A stretch of 46,830 nucleotides of DNA, taken from positions 1 through 46,830 of the forward strand of contig CAYUHC010000003.1 in the NCBI GenBank assembly GCA_964444555.1, written 5' to 3'. Numbering within the stretch: position 1 is the stretch's first letter; the number at the start of each line of letters is the position of its first letter. The stretch comes from an uncultured Candidatus Saccharibacteria bacterium (lineage in GTDB: Bacteria > Patescibacteriota > Minisyncoccia > Phycocordibacterales > JACOZG01). Positions 42,849-46,830 of the stretch are shown in pieces. The notes beneath the pieces were generated by a model. That model was not told the origin of the DNA and ran no database searches. It saw nothing but the letters and a program-made list of their open reading frames with translations. A program made the position numbers and the translations under genes.

Positions 42849-44513
42849 CTACAACTCCACAAAGAAGGTGCTCCCCTCGCCTTCGCCGGGAGATTCTACC
42901 CACATTCGTCCGCCCTGGGCCTCAATCATTTGCTTAGCCACAAAGAGACCAAGACCAGTGCCGGTGCCGTTGGAGGCGCTGGCGTTGTAGGCACGAGTAA
43001 ACTTTTGGAACAAGCGGCCCTTAGTCTCTTCGCTCATACCCACGCCAGTATCGGTGATGCTAAAGCGGCGCTTGCCATCTTTGACCTCTAGGCGGGCTTT
43101 AATCGAACCGCTGGGAGTATATTTGATCGAGTTATCCACAATGTTCATGATCACTTGGGAGAGCTTGCTGGGGTCGGCCATCACCTTAAATGATCCTCGC
43201 CCGGCGCTAAAGCTAAAGTCGAGACTCTTGCGCTTGGCCACCGGCTCGAGCTCCTTAAAGACTTGGTCGATCATCTTTTTAAAATCTATTTCAGTGATCT
43301 CATACTTCATTTTGCCAAGCTCGATGCGAGTAATGTTAAGAAAATCTTCGATCACGAAATTAAGTTTTTGCGCCGATTGGAAGATCACATCAACGGCTTG
43401 TTTGGCCTTCTCTTCCAGCGGACCATAAGAGCCCTCAAGCAACATCGAGGAGTAGCCCTTAATGGCCGTGGTGGGGGCGCGAAGTTGATGAGAGGCCACG
43501 GAGACGAACTCGGTTTTTTGCTTGTCTAGTTCTTTAAGCTTGTCGTTGGCGATGTTGAGCTCGTCGTTAGTCTCCGCCAGGGCGCTGGCCAATTTCTCGA
43601 TCTTTTCGCGCTGAGCAACTTCCCGCTTAACGCTTTTGATAAGTATGAGTCCGAAGATAATCGAAACGATCTCCGTCAGCGCCACAATAATGCGGGTAAC
43701 CTCCGATTTTGCGACCAAGAGCAAGGATCCTGTTAGGACCCAAAGAGTAACAACCAGGGCCTGCGTCCCGATAATCTTAATATTGAAGGCCTTATACCGG
43801 ACGATTAGGAAAACTACGGCACCCAAGAACACAGCAAAACCGATGGATCCCGCCAGTGTTACTTGGTAATAACCAGTGGCGTCGCCAATTATGTTTGTAA
43901 TTGAAAATAAGACCAAGAAAAAGGTGGACGCAATTCCCAAAAGAACCTCCTTGCTTTTGATGTTCTTTTTAACTTGCCATCTTTTAAATGTGAAGTACAA
44001 AATCAAAATCGCAATAAAAAATTCTAGGATATATTCGTATCGCCACAAAGAACCAACTAAGCCAGCGCAATTAGTTAAATCAAAGGCGGCAATGTTAAAA
44101 CGGGATGGTAAAAACAAGATAATTGGAAACAAAACAAAAGATAGTGTGAGTTGCCACCATATCGATGGTGCTTTGTTGTGTAGAAAGACGTAAGAAAAAT
44201 AAAACACCGAAAGAAACATTAGGGCCTCAATCAATATAATTATTTGCCAAGAAAAGTGAACTATGTCGGCGTGGACCCCAATCCACTGAAATAGCGCGTT
44301 TACTGACCACAATGAAAAAAATACACTAATAGCTAAGAATGCCTTAGAAATTATAGAAAACTTGCTTGCCACGAGAACATATGCCCCCATAAATAAGCAG
44401 ATAGCAATGATCGGTAGATATGAATAAAACAACAATGGAGGAGCTAGTTCTATGTCGACAATTCCCATGAAGTTTGGCACAGAATCTGGACAAGTAACGA
44501 GGTTATTTAGCAT
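42849..44513 (-). CDS. sensor histidine kinase with large polytopic N-terminal membrane domain
   Basis: About 8 TM helices, H-box SVASHQLRAPTTAIKGY, N-box IVDNSIKYT, and G-boxes DTGVGM and GTGLGL. No response regulator in the window. Confidence 0.9.
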   Translation of the reverse strand: MLNNLVTCPDSVPNFMGIVDIELAPPLLFYSYLPIIAICLFMGAYVLVASKFSIISKAFLAISVFFSLWSVNALFQWIGVHADIVHFSWQIIILIEALMFLSVFYFSYVFLHNKAPSIWWQLTLSFVLFPIILFLPSRFNIAAFDLTNCAGLVGSLWRYEYILEFFIAILILYFTFKRWQVKKNIKSKEVLLGIASTFFLVLFSITNIIGDATGYYQVTLAGSIGFAVFLGAVVFLIVRYKAFNIKIIGTQALVVTLWVLTGSLLLVAKSEVTRIIVALTEIVSIIFGLILIKSVKREVAQREKIEKLASALAETNDELNIANDKLKELDKQKTEFVSVASHQLRAPTTAIKGYSSMLLEGSYGPLEEKAKQAVDVIFQSAQKLNFVIEDFLNITRIELGKMKYEITEIDFKKMIDQVFKELEPVAKRKSLDFSFSAGRGSFKVMADPSKLSQVIMNIVDNSIKYTPSGSIKARLEVKDGKRRFSITDTGVGMSEETKGRLFQKFTRAYNASASNGTGTGLGLFVAKQMIEAQGGRMWVESPGEGEGSTFFVEL

Positions 44514-44556
44514 ACTTATGATTATACCGTGAGTTTTTACTTATAAACAAATTTAC

Positions 44557-45084
44557 ATGCACAATTCTTTCTCTTGGGTGAATGAAAAATTAGAATTACA
44601 AGAAACAACTTCTGGCGCTGGGAAGGGCGTCTTTGCTTTAAAAACAATAACGAAGGGTGAGGTTTTGGCGGTATTTGGTGGATATGTGATGACAATAAAA
44701 GAAGAAAAGGAAGGTCCAACCAATATTTCTGACTATGGTTTACAAATTGATAACGATTTTGTCTTAGGAATAAAAAAAGAATCAGAAATTGAACCGGCTT
44801 GTTTTTTTAATCACTCTTGCGACCCAAATGCCGGCTTTAATGGGCAGATTATTTTAGTTGCCATGAGAGAAATTTTAGTTGGAGAAGCCGTGACTTTTGA
44901 TTATGCGATGGCGCTTGGGTCAGAAAGCGAAAAGGTTTCTTATTCTCTAAATTGTTTATGCGGCACTAAAAATTGTAGAAACATTATCACTGACCAAGAC
45001 TGGAGAAACAAAGAATTGCAAGAAAAATACAAGGGTTATTTTCAGTTATATCTACAAGAGAAGATTAATAGAAAAGTTATTTAG
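44557..45084 (+). CDS. SET-domain protein lysine methyltransferase
   Basis: GKGVFALKTITKGEVL, FFNHSCDPNA, GEAVTFDY and the post-SET CLCGTKNCRN. Confidence 0.88.
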   Translation: MHNSFSWVNEKLELQETTSGAGKGVFALKTITKGEVLAVFGGYVMTIKEEKEGPTNISDYGLQIDNDFVLGIKKESEIEPACFFNHSCDPNAGFNGQIILVAMREILVGEAVTFDYAMALGSESEKVSYSLNCLCGTKNCRNIITDQDWRNKELQEKYKGYFQLYLQEKINRKVI

Positions 45085-45104
45085 AACAATAACGCTAGCG
45101 AAAT

Positions 45105-45230
45105 TTAATTTTCTTCGAGGTCAATTAAATCATAATTTTTTAAAATTACCCCCTGATGGAAGGTGACAAAAATTGAAAAAAATATTGCACCCAAAAGAAC
45201 GGCAACTAAAATTTTTGACGCAGGGGTCAT
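45105..45230 (-). CDS. possible 41-aa small membrane peptide (not in the ORF track)
   Basis: MTPASKILVAVLLGAIFFSIFVTFHQGVILKNYDLIDLEEN has one TM helix and an acidic tail. No SD. Confidence 0.2.
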   Translation of the reverse strand: MTPASKILVAVLLGAIFFSIFVTFHQGVILKNYDLIDLEEN

Positions 45231-45276
45231 AAATTACGAGTGGATTAGATTTATCGTTTAAATTATACTACACCTT

Positions 45277-46197
45277 ATGTCTTGGTTTCTAGTAGCCCTG
45301 GGGGCGCCGCTTTTATACACAGCTGCCAACTATATTGATAAGTTTGTCCTAAGCCACTTTGTAAAAGAAGAAGGTGGGATTGGCGGCATCGTCATCTTCT
45401 CGTCACTTTTTGCGGGAATAATGATTCCCATTTCCTTTTTTATCGACCAGGGCGCCCTCTTGCTTTCTCCCCTGTTTAAAATTTCTCTTGTTATCAATGG
45501 CGTGATCAGCATGAGCAGCTTGGCGCTATACCTAAATGCTTTGCATAAATATGAAACGTCATTAGTCGTTCCCCTCTATCAATTAATTCCCGTCTTTTCG
45601 TACATTTTGGGATATTTGGTGTTGGGTGAAAAGTTAACCATAATCCAAATGGCTCTTTGTGCCCTGATTATTGTTGGAGCATTTCTCTTGTCTCTTGCTA
45701 CTGAGGGAGGAGAATTTAAACTAAACGGTAAATTACTAGGACTAATGAGTCTTGCTTCATTTTTTTCGGCACTATCGGGGGTGATCTTTAAAAAAATTGC
45801 CCTGGATGCGGGTTATTGGCAATCGCAATTTTGGGAATACGCTGGAATTATGCTCCTCGGTGTACTGCTTTTAATTTTCCTCCGTTCTTATCGTCGCGAC
45901 TTTTTTGCCCTTTATCGTGCCGCTGGAACGAAGATGATTAAGTTTGGCTCAGCCACGGAAGGTTCCATGATTGGCGCTGATCTCCTCTTTAATTATGCAG
46001 TCCTTTTGGCACCCGTGGCGTTGGTCTATGTAGTTAATTCGCTACAGCCACTATTCGTTCTTATTGTCGGCGCCTTGCTAACCAAACTTCTTCCTGGCCA
46101 CTTCAAAGAGTCTCTTGATCGGAAAAATTTGGTAAAAAAATTCATTGCCATCCTATTACTTGTTCTCGGCGGCATTGGGCTCGCCTTCTACGGCTAA
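45277..46197 (+). CDS. EamA/DMT-family transporter
   Basis: Ten predicted TM helices in two EamA-like halves. Confidence 0.75.
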   Translation: MSWFLVALGAPLLYTAANYIDKFVLSHFVKEEGGIGGIVIFSSLFAGIMIPISFFIDQGALLLSPLFKISLVINGVISMSSLALYLNALHKYETSLVVPLYQLIPVFSYILGYLVLGEKLTIIQMALCALIIVGAFLLSLATEGGEFKLNGKLLGLMSLASFFSALSGVIFKKIALDAGYWQSQFWEYAGIMLLGVLLLIFLRSYRRDFFALYRAAGTKMIKFGSATEGSMIGADLLFNYAVLLAPVALVYVVNSLQPLFVLIVGALLTKLLPGHFKESLDRKNLVKKFIAILLLVLGGIGLAFYG

Positions 46198-46250
46198 TTT
46201 GACAGCTTAGGGCTTTACGTGATACTGTTTATGTGTTAGAAATACAACAT

Positions 46251-46830
46251 ATGACCTCCCGGAATATTCTGTTTGTATCATCAGAAAATATGATCGCCCC
46301 GCACTTGGCGGTGCGTCTCAAGCAAGAGGGCCACAGCGTCCGACTCTATTTGCCCCCCGAGGCTCAAACCAACTTCTCTGGCCTAGTCGAAAAGACCCAA
46401 GACTGGCGGCAGGAGCTATTTTGGGTTGGCAAAGATGGCTTAATCATCTTTGACGACATTGGCTCCGGCAAGATCCAAGATGACTTGCGCAAGGAGGGCT
46501 ATACCGTCTTTGGAGGTTGTGAATTGGGGGATAAATTAGAGTCTGATCGTCAATACGGTCAGGCCATTTTTGCAAAATATGGGATCAAAACCGTACCCCT
46601 TAAAACCTTTAAAGATATTCTCGACGCCATCCAATTCTTAAAAGATAATCGGGGCGCCTGGGTAATCAAGCAGAACGGCAACGCCTCTAAGAGTCTTAAC
46701 TACGTCTCTCACTTTGACGATAGTCGTGACGTTGCCAGCGTACTAGAAAATTATAATCGCAACCTCAAGAGCCAGGCGCGAGCCATTACTCTCCAAGAGC
46801 GCATCGATGGCGTGGAGATCGGCGTGGGAC
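46251..46830 (+). CDS. ATP-grasp protein, phosphoribosylamine--glycine ligase (PurD)-like, 3' end off-window
   Basis: The frame is open from the ATG at 46251 to the window end. NILFVSSENM..., LESDRQYGQAIFAKYGI and AWVIKQNGNASKS resemble the PurD N and ATP-grasp domains. It is absent from the ORF track because there is no stop. Confidence 0.6.
   Translation, partial: MTSRNILFVSSENMIAPHLAVRLKQEGHSVRLYLPPEAQTNFSGLVEKTQDWRQELFWVGKDGLIIFDDIGSGKIQDDLRKEGYTVFGGCELGDKLESDRQYGQAIFAKYGIKTVPLKTFKDILDAIQFLKDNRGAWVIKQNGNASKSLNYVSHFDDSRDVASVLENYNRNLKSQARAITLQERIDGVEIGVG

Noticed and set aside
1-46830. CRISPR arrays, rRNA genes, IS elements, reverse transcriptase/DGR or retron components, and toxin-antitoxin pairs of known type.
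   Set aside because: No spaced direct-repeat arrays, no rRNA-like conserved blocks, and no DDE/integrase/RT motifs (such as YxDD) were seen in any listed translation.

Overview
This is a gene-dense stretch, mostly coding and about 50-55% GC by eye, from a small-genome bacterium. Compact overlapping genes and aminoacyl-tRNA synthetases that lack accessory domains suggest a Patescibacteria/CPR-like lineage. That lineage call is inference only, and all product calls rest on motifs I recognise in the translations, not on searches.

Gene layout:
- 0-15.2 kb (+ strand): frr-rseP, a small ORF unit, proS, mreB-mreC-mreD-mrdA, greA, lysS, a HlyD-like adaptor, then mraZ-rsmH-ftsL-ftsI-murF.
- 18.3-29.5 kb: rmuC, an SDR, rplU, recR-dnaB-cysS-corA (-), ctpA-rplI (+), rpmA (-), an Ada-like membrane protein and a MacB/FtsX-type ABC pair.
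- 29.6-39.1 kb (- strand): an AT-rich SLT/small-membrane-protein patch, an EnvC-like M23 peptidase, gltX, murG-ftsW-mraY, scpB-scpA and aspS.
- 39.1-46.8 kb: a patchwork of GC-rich secreted or lipoprotein genes around trpS, an orphan histidine kinase, a SET-domain methyltransferase, an EamA transporter and a truncated PurD-like ATP-grasp gene.

Main candidate: the dcw cluster ends after murF at a strong terminator. The next ~3 kb (15.26-18.19 kb) looks foreign in composition and ends at tRNA-Glu(CUC). It holds a self-contained cassette: a perfect consensus promoter, a divergent sigma-70/ECF-like ORF, and two orphan ORFs that each follow a duplicated ~43-nt leader, closed by a strong terminator. 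An AT-rich convergent P-loop kinase/NUDIX pair follows. This cassette is my best candidate for an undescribed system.

Secondary observations include synteny breaks at murF|mraY and rplU|rpmA that fit nested inversions, MraZ-box repeats, and several unannotated small membrane ORFs. I saw no CRISPR array, rRNA, integrase or transposase.
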